The position numbers and the translations under genes are program-made. The notes beneath the pieces are model-generated. The model did no database searches, was not told the DNA's origin, and was given only the letters and a program-made list of their open reading frames with translations. Positions 1 through 9,300 of a stretch of 64,000 nucleotides of DNA are shown piece after piece; the stretch's first letter is position 1, and each line of letters opens with the position of its first letter. Where the stretch lies: assembly GCA_047285535.1 (NCBI GenBank), contig JBJBDC010000001.1, forward strand, positions 1,984,136 through 2,048,135, read 5' to 3'. Origin of the DNA: Synechococcus sp. Lineage in GTDB: Bacteria; Cyanobacteriota; Cyanobacteriia; PCC-6307; Cyanobiaceae.

Positions 1-6
1 CATTAA

Positions 7-1494
7 TTATGGAAACGGGGTTTCTGTGGAATCCGTCATCACTGTTGCAAGCCATTCCCTAAAAGGCTCCCAGTCATCTTTCTGATCAATCGATTCCCAA
101 AGAGTTTCAATCAAGGACCGAGTCGGAGTCTGCCTTAAATTCCACTGTGTCATGCGCTCAAGAACTGAAGGTCTTGACGCAGATTCAGCCGACTCAAGAG
201 CATGCATCTGCATCCACCAGGCATCCCGCCAACGTTGCCATGTCTCCCTGGCTGGAGCCGGAGCGTCAGACAAAAAGACAGGCAAACTATCGGGTTCTTG
301 CGGCAAACCACCGCCTTGGATCGTCGAAGCCAGACCATCAAAAAAATCTCCATAACTCACTGGCCAGGTCGCCATTAAATCCACTGTGGCTCCAACCAAA
401 TTCTCATCACTCTCAACATCACAATTGGGGTTCAATCCCAACCGCCTCAAAAAGCAGAAACGATAATGATCTTGATAGATACTTTTGTAGCGTTCAAGTG
501 ACTGCTCCATCGGCGATCTAGGCACCAACATGGCTAGCGGATTCTGAAGAAGGCGAAGATTCTTATGACAAATCGCCGGCTGACGGCCATAGGCATAGAG
601 GCAGGTCTGATCGAAATAGGCTGCTGTGAAACTTGGATCCCAACGATCCAAAAAAGCAAATGGTCCGTAGTCAAAACTTTCACCAGCCAGCGACATGTTG
701 TCGGTGTTGAGCACTCCATGCACAAAGCCGGCAGCCATCCACTCAGCTGCCAAGCGAGCCACTCGTTCCACAAGCTCCCCGTAGAACGCCAGCAGCTGAC
801 ACTCCAACGCTGCACGGTCTCCATCAGGAGCAGGATGGGCTGCCGCCACTTCGGGGTAATACACGGCGATGACATGACGCAATAAACGCTCCAACCCTGG
901 AGGATCCCGCAAATACAACAGTCTTTCGCACGTACCGAAACGCAGATGGGTCCGCGCCATCCGAACCATGACCGCACTCCTCGTCGGCGATGGCTCATCC
1001 CCACGCCATAGCTCCTCGCCGGTTTCGATCAACGACAGTGTGCGACTGGTGGTCACGCCAAGACGATGCAACGCCTCGGAGGCGATCAGCTCTCGTACGC
1101 CTCCCTTCAATGTGAGGCGTCCATCCCCACCACGACTCCAAGGAGTGGTGCCACTCCCCTTGGTGCCAAGGTCTTGAAGCTGGCCCATCCGATCTCGGAG
1201 CTGGCCATAAAGGAAGCCGCGGCCATCCCCGAGCTGGGGGTTATAGGTACCGAACTGATAGCCGTGATAGCGGAGAGCCAGCAGGGGGAAGCGGTGTTCA
1301 AAACGGCCATAGGCCATCTCCACATCGTGATCACTCACGCCGCCAGGATCTACCCCTAGCTGAATCAACACTGTGTCGTTGCGAAAGCGCAGTTGGGTAC
1401 GAGGAAAGGATGCCGGCTCAACCACATCCCAATAAGCATCCCCCAAACCCTCAAGCGAGGATTCAAAAGGCAAAGACAGAAGCGGATTGCTCAA
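7..1494 (-). CDS. selO: Protein adenylyltransferase SelO (YdiU/UPF0061 family)
   Basis: Motifs YHGYQFG..QLGDGRG, KGSGTTPWSRGGDGR, GFVHGVLNTDN, FDYGPFAF; TTG start overlapping the spoT stop. Confidence 0.93.
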   Translation of the reverse strand: MSNPLLSLPFESSLEGLGDAYWDVVEPASFPRTQLRFRNDTVLIQLGVDPGGVSDHDVEMAYGRFEHRFPLLALRYHGYQFGTYNPQLGDGRGFLYGQLRDRMGQLQDLGTKGSGTTPWSRGGDGRLTLKGGVRELIASEALHRLGVTTSRTLSLIETGEELWRGDEPSPTRSAVMVRMARTHLRFGTCERLLYLRDPPGLERLLRHVIAVYYPEVAAAHPAPDGDRAALECQLLAFYGELVERVARLAAEWMAAGFVHGVLNTDNMSLAGESFDYGPFAFLDRWDPSFTAAYFDQTCLYAYGRQPAICHKNLRLLQNPLAMLVPRSPMEQSLERYKSIYQDHYRFCFLRRLGLNPNCDVESDENLVGATVDLMATWPVSYGDFFDGLASTIQGGGLPQEPDSLPVFLSDAPAPARETWQRWRDAWWMQMHALESAESASRPSVLERMTQWNLRQTPTRSLIETLWESIDQKDDWEPFREWLATVMTDSTETPFP

Positions 1495-3830
1495 CCCTGG
1501 CCGGTGCGTGCGATGTCGATGACATCGGCCATCGAACGGATCTGAGCCATGGTGCGCTGCAATTGTGCAGCACTCCCTAGTTCCACCATCAAATCGATCC
1601 GAGCAGGCTTGCCGTAAGACGTTTTCACTTGGGCATCACTGACGTTGATCGAGCCGTCAGATAAACGCATCAGGATGTCCTTCAAAATCCCAACACGATC
1701 AATCACTTCAATGCGCAAGTGGGCTGGATACCGAGGCCCCCCCCCCTCTTGCAGTGTGGGATTCCAACGCACTGGCAATCGACGTTCCATAGGAATCGAT
1801 TCCACATTGGGGCAGTCTTGGCGATGAATCGTGATGCCGTGATTGCCAAGGGCCACTGCGCCCAAAATTGGTTCTCCTGGCAGCGGACTGCAACATCCGC
1901 CGAGGCGGTGATCCAAACCCTCAATACCGAGAATCGGCTCCGCTCCTGCCGATGGAATCTCTCGATAGGTCGTCTGCTCAGACTGTTTGACGAGCTGCCT
2001 GGCGACATCTTCATTCGTGAGAGGCTCCTCCACAGCAGCCGTTTGCAGACGAATTTCCTCGCGCAAACGGTTGAGCACCTGCTGCAAGGTCAGAGCACCA
2101 AAACCAAGACCAGCGAGCAAGTCGTCGGTGGTTTGCAGATTGCAACGTTCGGCCACCCTGCTCATGGCTTCACTACCAAGCAAGGCATCAAAACCACTGC
2201 GCCCCAGTTCGCGTTCAAGCAGGGTCTTACCGCGATCGATCGTCTCATCACGATGGCTGCGTTTGTACCACTGACGGATCCGATTTCGTGCTGTTGGAGT
2301 GGCGACAAAATTGAGCCAATCCAAGCTTGGATGGGCATTTTTCGTGGTCAGAATATCTACAAAGTCACCATTTTGAAGCGGAGTTGACAAGGGTGAAAGC
2401 CGATCATTAATTCTCACTCCATGACAATGATTTCCCACTTCAGAATGAATTCGAAACGCGAAGTCAACGGCTGTTGAACCCTTACGAAGACCGACGACAT
2501 CTCCTTTCGGAGTAAAGACAAAGACTTCCTCGTCGAACAGGTCCTCCTTGATCGAGGCCAAGTAGTCGTTGTGATCATCAGCACCACCCTCCTGCTGCCA
2601 GTCCACGAGCTGACGCAACCAGTTAAAACGCTCCGTATCCCCACCAGCAGCAGGGGATCCCCCCTCCTTGTATTTCCAGTGAGCAGCAATGCCAAACTCC
2701 GCGACTTGATGCATGTCCAACGTGCGGATCTGCACCTCGATCGGACGATGACGGCCAATCACAGCGGTATGAAGTGATTGATAACCATTCGGCTTGGGAA
2801 GCCCGATGTAATCCTTAAAACGTCCAGGGATCGGCCTAAACGTGTCATGCACAACGGCCAGGGCGCGATAGCAGCCTTCTACATTCGGCGTGAGGATCCG
2901 CAGCGCGGCCACGTCATAAATCTCGTGAAACTCCTTCTGCTGGCGCTGCATCTTGGTCCAGATGCCATAGAGATGCTTCGGCCTGCCACTCACCTCACAG
3001 CTCTCGAGACCTGCGGCAGCCAAGCGATCACGAAGAAGCTGAACGGTCACCGAGAGACGTTCCTCCCGATCACTGCGCTTGGTGGATACCTCCTGCTGCA
3101 TCTCGCGGAAGGCATCAGGCTCCAGCAATTTGAATGAGAGATCTTCGAGTTCCCATTTGAAGCGGCCAATCCCAAGGCGATTCGCAAGCGGGGCATAGAT
3201 CTCCCGTGTTTCCCTGGCGATGCGCTGGCGTTTCTCCTCCTTGAGCGCCCCAAGCGTGCGCATGTTGTGCAAACGGTCCGCCAACTTCACCAAAACAACG
3301 CGGATATCGCTGGCCATCGCCAGGAACATCTTGCGCAGATTCTCAGCTTGAGCCTCCGTGCGATTGGTGAAGTGAAGACCTCCCAGCTTCGTGACCCCTT
3401 CAACCAGCTCACGAACCTCAGGTCCGAAGTGACTCTCCACCTGATGTGGTGTCACATCGGTGTCTTCAACCACATCGTGCAGGAAACCTGCGGCAATCAC
3501 GCTGGCGCTCGCCCCGATATCTCGAAGCAGATCTGCCACCGCAACCGGATGCACGATGTAGGGATCACCGCTGGCGCGAAACTGCCCTTCATGGAGTTGA
3601 AATGCAAAATCAAAGGCAGCCGCTAACAGTGCTTCAGGATCGGTCGGACAGCTGTGACCAATGCCTGGAGGAACGTGAAGCAAACACTCCCGCAACCAAT
3701 CGGGAAGAACGATGCCGTAATCATCAGGCGATCGAACCGGACGCTCACGCAATGCCGTTAAGGCACAGGCCCGAGAACTTGATCCAGGCTGAGTCTGAGT
3801 AGGATCCGGTGCAGAGGTTGCGATGAGCAT
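1491..3830 (-). CDS. spoT: Bifunctional (p)ppGpp synthetase/hydrolase RelA/SpoT
   Basis: HD domain (HDVVED), KLADRLHN, GRFKDYI/NGYQSLHT synthetase motifs, TGS and C-terminal ACT; start set at ATG 3830 (ORF open to 3887). Confidence 0.95.
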   Translation of the reverse strand: MLIATSAPDPTQTQPGSSSRACALTALRERPVRSPDDYGIVLPDWLRECLLHVPPGIGHSCPTDPEALLAAAFDFAFQLHEGQFRASGDPYIVHPVAVADLLRDIGASASVIAAGFLHDVVEDTDVTPHQVESHFGPEVRELVEGVTKLGGLHFTNRTEAQAENLRKMFLAMASDIRVVLVKLADRLHNMRTLGALKEEKRQRIARETREIYAPLANRLGIGRFKWELEDLSFKLLEPDAFREMQQEVSTKRSDREERLSVTVQLLRDRLAAAGLESCEVSGRPKHLYGIWTKMQRQQKEFHEIYDVAALRILTPNVEGCYRALAVVHDTFRPIPGRFKDYIGLPKPNGYQSLHTAVIGRHRPIEVQIRTLDMHQVAEFGIAAHWKYKEGGSPAAGGDTERFNWLRQLVDWQQEGGADDHNDYLASIKEDLFDEEVFVFTPKGDVVGLRKGSTAVDFAFRIHSEVGNHCHGVRINDRLSPLSTPLQNGDFVDILTTKNAHPSLDWLNFVATPTARNRIRQWYKRSHRDETIDRGKTLLERELGRSGFDALLGSEAMSRVAERCNLQTTDDLLAGLGFGALTLQQVLNRLREEIRLQTAAVEEPLTNEDVARQLVKQSEQTTYREIPSAGAEPILGIEGLDHRLGGCCSPLPGEPILGAVALGNHGITIHRQDCPNVESIPMERRLPVRWNPTLQEGGGPRYPAHLRIEVIDRVGILKDILMRLSDGSINVSDAQVKTSYGKPARIDLMVELGSAAQLQRTMAQIRSMADVIDIARTGQG

Positions 3831-3885
3831 CCGACCCGGCAGGTGCATCCATGGTATGTAGGCATGAGGCACTGTGCTTTCTTTC

Positions 3886-5499
3886 ATGCCCGATGCGCCT
3901 GGAACGGTTCTGACACTTAACCAATTGCGTCTGCGTTATCCAGGAAGTGAGACCTGGACACTGGATGGTTTGAATCTCAGCCTGAGCTCAGGAGACCGCT
4001 TAGCACTCGTTGGACCCTCAGGATGCGGGAAAAGCACAGTTGCTAGGGCTGCCTTGCAACTGTTACCTCCAGGCAGCCAATGTGAGGGAGAACTGCGTTT
4101 AAACGGTCAAGACCCCCGACACCTGAGTCGTCGCGACCTGCGAGACCTGCGCGGAGAAGCGGTTGGCCTGGTCTTCCAAGACCCGATGACTCGACTCAAT
4201 CCACTCATGACCGTGGGCGGTCACTTAATCGATACTCTTGCCGCCCATCGTTCAGCCATGGGGAAACAAGAGCGACGGGAACGTGCTGAAACGCTGCTGG
4301 AACAAGTGGGGATTGGAGCAGAGCGCTTTCGTGCCTATCCCCACGAATTCAGTGGTGGAATGCGACAACGACTCGCCATCGCTCTTGCGATTGCTCTGGC
4401 CCCACCCCTTGTCATCGCCGATGAACCAACCACCAGCCTTGACGTTGCCGTTGCCGGACAAGTGATGGCGGTACTGCGCAATCTCTGTGAAGAGCTGGGA
4501 AGCGCCCTGCTGCTGATCACCCATGACCTGGCCATGGCCCACCGCTGGTGCGACGACATGGCGGTACTGGACGGTGGACGACTCGTCGAGGAAAACAGCA
4601 GTGATCAACTGCTGACCCATCCCCAATCAGAGATCGGGAAGCGGCTGGTGACTGCCGCCAGGGCCCGAGAGGGAGGGCAAACACCGATCACCCCTGAAAG
4701 CACAGCAGTGCTGCAAGTCTCAGGCTTGCGCTGTTGGCACAATCTTGGAGGACCACCCTGGTCACCCACGTGGCTGAAAGCGGTGGATGGCGTGAGCTTC
4801 ACCCTGGAATCAGGCGAAACATTGGGGGTGGTGGGTGGCTCTGGCTGCGGAAAAAGCACCCTCTGCCGGGCTTTGATGGGACTCACCCCGATCCGGGGTG
4901 GACAGGTTTGGCTCCAAAAACAAAACCTGCTCCAGTTAAAGGGCAGCGCTGAACGACGAGCCAGACGCAGCATGCAGATGGTGTTTCAAGACCCACTGGC
5001 CTGCCTGAATCCTGCCCTCACCATCGCTGACGCGATCGCTGATCCCCTGTTAATTCATGGCCTCGCCTCGCGAGCAGCAGCTCGAGAACGGGCACGAGAA
5101 CTGCTTGAACTTGTGGGACTCGTACCAGCAGAACTTTTTCAGAACCGACTGCCCAAGCAACTCTCTGGAGGCCAACAACAGCGGGTTGCGATTGCACGCG
5201 CTTTGGCTCTTGGCCCAAACGTGCTGATCTGCGATGAAAGTGTGAGCATGCTTGATGCAGAAATCCAAGCTGAAGTGCTTGCACTGCTGCGACGTCTTCA
5301 GAGGGATCTAGGCCTGGCAATGATCTTCGTAACCCATGACCTCTCGGTGGCGAGTGGCTTCTGCCACCGCGTGATCGTGCTTGATCATGGCCGCGTTGTG
5401 GAGGAAGGCCCTGGAGATCAATTACTACGCGAGCCCGAAGCAGCAATTACGAAAATACTAGTAGAAGCCTGTCCAAGGCTGCCATCCCATGGCCAATGA
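3886..5499 (+). CDS. Peptide/nickel-type ABC transporter ATP-binding protein with two ATPase domains
   Basis: Two Walker A (GPSGCGKS, GGSGCGKS), two signatures (FSGGMRQR, LSGGQQQR), YPHEF and THD motifs. Confidence 0.9.
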   Translation: MPDAPGTVLTLNQLRLRYPGSETWTLDGLNLSLSSGDRLALVGPSGCGKSTVARAALQLLPPGSQCEGELRLNGQDPRHLSRRDLRDLRGEAVGLVFQDPMTRLNPLMTVGGHLIDTLAAHRSAMGKQERRERAETLLEQVGIGAERFRAYPHEFSGGMRQRLAIALAIALAPPLVIADEPTTSLDVAVAGQVMAVLRNLCEELGSALLLITHDLAMAHRWCDDMAVLDGGRLVEENSSDQLLTHPQSEIGKRLVTAARAREGGQTPITPESTAVLQVSGLRCWHNLGGPPWSPTWLKAVDGVSFTLESGETLGVVGGSGCGKSTLCRALMGLTPIRGGQVWLQKQNLLQLKGSAERRARRSMQMVFQDPLACLNPALTIADAIADPLLIHGLASRAAARERARELLELVGLVPAELFQNRLPKQLSGGQQQRVAIARALALGPNVLICDESVSMLDAEIQAEVLALLRRLQRDLGLAMIFVTHDLSVASGFCHRVIVLDHGRVVEEGPGDQLLREPEAAITKILVEACPRLPSHGQ

Positions 5500-6191
5500 G
5501 CCAGAGTCAACCGCCTGTTAACGACGCCAAACGGGTCTTACGCATCAAGACCTTACTTCGAGATATCGACGTGATCGTATGCATCTATCCCTACGCGTTC
5601 GCGTTTCAGCAACTCGCGACAGTCATTGGGATCAGCAGTCATAAAAATCGACACTTTTTCTCATCCAGACAAGAGTCACTGCGCGTTCTCAAGCAGGCCG
5701 AAACTTCCTTCCTGATTTTGATTTCCGAGAAGTTGAAAGATGGATCCGGCCTTGATCTGCTCCGAGAGATCAAGCGAGTGAATCCATGTCATCTCTGCAT
5801 TGTGGTGCTCAACCAAAACAGCTTGAGCGCTCAACGATTGGCACGCAAACTTCATGCGGATGCCTGCATTAATGAGCAAAGCATGCAAGAAAGCAGGGGA
5901 GTTTTAATCGAAGCACTTGAGGCAGTGCAAAGAGGGAAAAAATATATCGATCCAACACTTCCAGGCCTCAATCCGTCCTTACACCCAGTGGATGAACTGC
6001 CGCTCTCGGAGCGACAGCTTGAGATTTTGAGGCTGGTGGCTGATGGCTTCTGCAACCGTGAAATCGCCGCCCAACTCAACATCACCACGAACACTGTTCG
6101 CGATCACTTCAGCGAAGTGATGAGACGCCTTGAGGTCTCCAACCGCGCCAGCGCCGTATCCACTGCATTCCAACTGGGTTTGTTGCCCTAG
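5496..6191 (+). CDS. LuxR/NarL-family transcriptional regulator with atypical receiver domain
   Basis: C-terminal HTH LSERQLEILRLVADGFCNREIAAQLNITTNTVRDH; receiver-like LKDGSGLDLL segment. Confidence 0.85.
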   Translation: MSQSQPPVNDAKRVLRIKTLLRDIDVIVCIYPYAFAFQQLATVIGISSHKNRHFFSSRQESLRVLKQAETSFLILISEKLKDGSGLDLLREIKRVNPCHLCIVVLNQNSLSAQRLARKLHADACINEQSMQESRGVLIEALEAVQRGKKYIDPTLPGLNPSLHPVDELPLSERQLEILRLVADGFCNREIAAQLNITTNTVRDHFSEVMRRLEVSNRASAVSTAFQLGLLP

Positions 6192-6378
6192 GTCCATTGA
6201 TTCCCAAGACAACCATCCATTTGGAGGATGTTCATAGGCGTCGAATGGAGCGGGAATGGAGCAACAGCGCGATCCATCTCTGCGTTATTCACCCTCAGAC
6301 ACAGGTTCTGCTTTTGGAGTCAGACCTCAGTCATAAGTGAGAGCTGAGATGACATCGTCCCCCCCGATACCTAGGGCC

Positions 6379-9300
6379 ATGACAACAACTCACTCCTTGC
6401 AAATCTCCATCTCAGGGAATATTTGGTGGGATGGCTTCACGGCTGAAGTAACCCTCAAGAACAATTCCTCCCAAGATCTTGACAGCTGGAGCTACAGCTT
6501 TGACAGTCCGCATCTGATTAATACCACTCCTTGGGGTGCAGAAATCACCTCTGTTGTTCTTCCAGAAGGTCTCACGAGATACACACTGACCGGAAAAGAC
6601 TGGGGAGCAAGTATTCCAGCTGGGAAATCGATCACCGTTGGCTTTAACGGAACACAGGGAATCAGCCTTGGGACCGAAGGACAACTGACAGCTCAAGACC
6701 TGATGAAGCCAAGCGCATCATTCAGTGAACAATCTGATGCCAATGAGCAGGATCGTCCTGAAGTCTTCAGTGAAGCATTCAATACAGAGACTGACAGTGT
6801 TGAAGGGTCATCCGACGGGATGCCATCAGAAGTGATGCCATCAACGGAGATGTCATCCCACCAGAGCATGGATCAGGATATGCATGCACACGACATGCAT
6901 TCCAACGCAGACTCTGGCGACTATATCGACATCACCAGTTGGGGCACATTCCATGGCTCTAATCACAACTCTGAGCACAATGAATTAGTGGGTGGTCGCA
7001 CAGCGATCACTACAGAAGCCTTGGTGGCGTACAACGGCCTCAGAAACTTTGCCGGCCTGGAAGCAGTTGAGCTTGAAACTGTTGGCAAGTGGGCGTTTGC
7101 AAACCAATTAACGAATAACTCCCAGGGATGGGGGAATGACGAGACAGGAGTAGGGCTTTGGTATGCGATGCAAGGAGCCAAGGTGGCCTGGATCGCCGAT
7201 GCGTTATACAAACCACAGATTTTGGCTGACATTCAACGCACCGCTCGTTTGGGATCAGAAGCAGATGTCATGGCGATGGTAAGAGAATTCGGCCATGAAG
7301 GATTTGCCGATTACCTTGAAACTTCTGGGGTGCAAACTGCATTTATCAACACATTAAAAATGGAGCCCCATTATGGCGGCTGGATGCATGGAAGAACCCA
7401 TGGCTTTCTTAACATTGAAAATGTCGCTATTGCCCATGATATCAATCATTTAACAGTTCTAAGCTGGGACCAGGAACAGCCCTTCATGAATGACACCTTC
7501 GACTGGCCACAATGGCCTGCATTAGATGTAACCAATGCGACGGTGATTAACTATTACCAAGGGATTGTTGCACTCGGAGATCCTCTGAGTCAAAACCTTG
7601 AGGCTCTACCAAGCAGCAAGGGGGCGACAGCCAATACGAAGGTCATAGAGGAGAACTCCCAGGAGGGATCATCGCCAATAGCGGAGGGTTTGGTGATGGA
7701 GAACCCCATGGACATGTCATCAGAAATGATGTCATCCGATGAGGGCGTGGATCAGGGAATGCATGCACACGAAATGCATTCCGGCGCAGCCAATATCGCA
7801 CCATTAACTGAACAATCTGCAACTGATCAGCAAGCCCAGATTGAGGTGCTCAACGAAGCATCAAATGAAGAACTCAACAGCATGAACATGCCATCAGAAG
7901 TGATGCCATCAACGGAGATGTCATCCCACCAGAGCATGGATCACGACATGCATTCCAACGCAGACTCTGGCGACTATATCGACATCACCAGTTGGGGCAC
8001 ATTCCATGGCTCTAATCACAACTCTGAGCACAATGAATTAGTGGGTGGTCGCACAGCGATCACTACAGAAGCCTTGGTGGCGTACAACGGCCTCAGAAAC
8101 TTTGCCGGCCTGGAAGCAGTTGAGCTTGAAACTGTTGGCAAGTGGGCGTTTGCAAACCAATTAACGAATAACTCCCAGGGATGGGGGAATGACGAGACAG
8201 GAGTAGGGCTTTGGTATGCGATGCAAGGAGCCAAGGTGGCCTGGATCGCCGATGCGTTATACAAACCACAGATTTTGGCTGACATTCAACGCACCGCTCG
8301 TTTGGGATCAGAAGCAGATGTCATGGCGATGGTAAGAGAATTCGGCCATGAAGGATTTGCCGATTACCTTGAAACTTCTGGGGTGCAAACTGCATTTATC
8401 AACACATTAAAAATGGAGCCCCATTATGGCGGCTGGATGCATGGAAGAACCCATGGCTTTCTTAACATTGAAAATGTCGCTATTGCCCATGATATCAATC
8501 ATTTAACAGTTCTAAGCTGGGACCAGGAACAGCCCTTCATGAATGACACCTTCGACTGGCCACAATGGCCTGCATTAGATGTAACCAATGCGACGGTGAT
8601 TAACTATTACCAAGGGATTGTTGCACTCGGAGATCCTCTGAGTCAAAACCTTGAGGGCTTATCAAATAGTGGAGCCGTGACACCCGATCCGCTGGGATTC
8701 CAAGACCCCTTCATGCCGGATCCAGCTCCTCAGGAGTCAGCCCCAGACGAAGTCCAGGCGCCATACCCAGAATTGCTGGAGGCTGTTGTTGGCAATGGCA
8801 ATGAGCCGGCGCCCGAAGCGTCCCAGCCCAACCAAGCCGCAACCACTGCAATCCCACCTGAGAACTCGCCTGAAATCAATGGTGGACTTGAAGTTGAGGT
8901 CAGCGGAAGTATCTGGTGGGAAGGGTTCACCGCTGAGCTGGCTGTGAAAAATACGGGCTCAGCAGACCTAGAGCATTGGAGCTTTAGTTTTGATAGCCCC
9001 CATGGCATTCAAGGGCAGCCTTGGGGAGCGGAAGTCACCTCCGTTGAGCTGGCCAACGGCCTGGTTCGACATACCATTTCCGGAGCGGAATGGGGCAGCT
9101 CGATTCGCGCCGGCGAGACAATCAAAGTTGGATTTAACGGCATTCAAGGCCATTCAATCGGCACCAGTGGAGATCTAACTGAGGGGTTGCTTTTTCACTC
9201 AGCCGTTGTGGACGGTTCGTCTGGCTCAGATCAGCAGGATGTGCCCAATGCACCTGCGATTCCAGAGCCGCAGGAAACGATCAGCGCGAATTCCGCCTCC

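Noticed and set aside
5032..5039. HIP1 octamer GCGATCGC
   Set aside because: Only sporadic occurrences noticed; no enrichment
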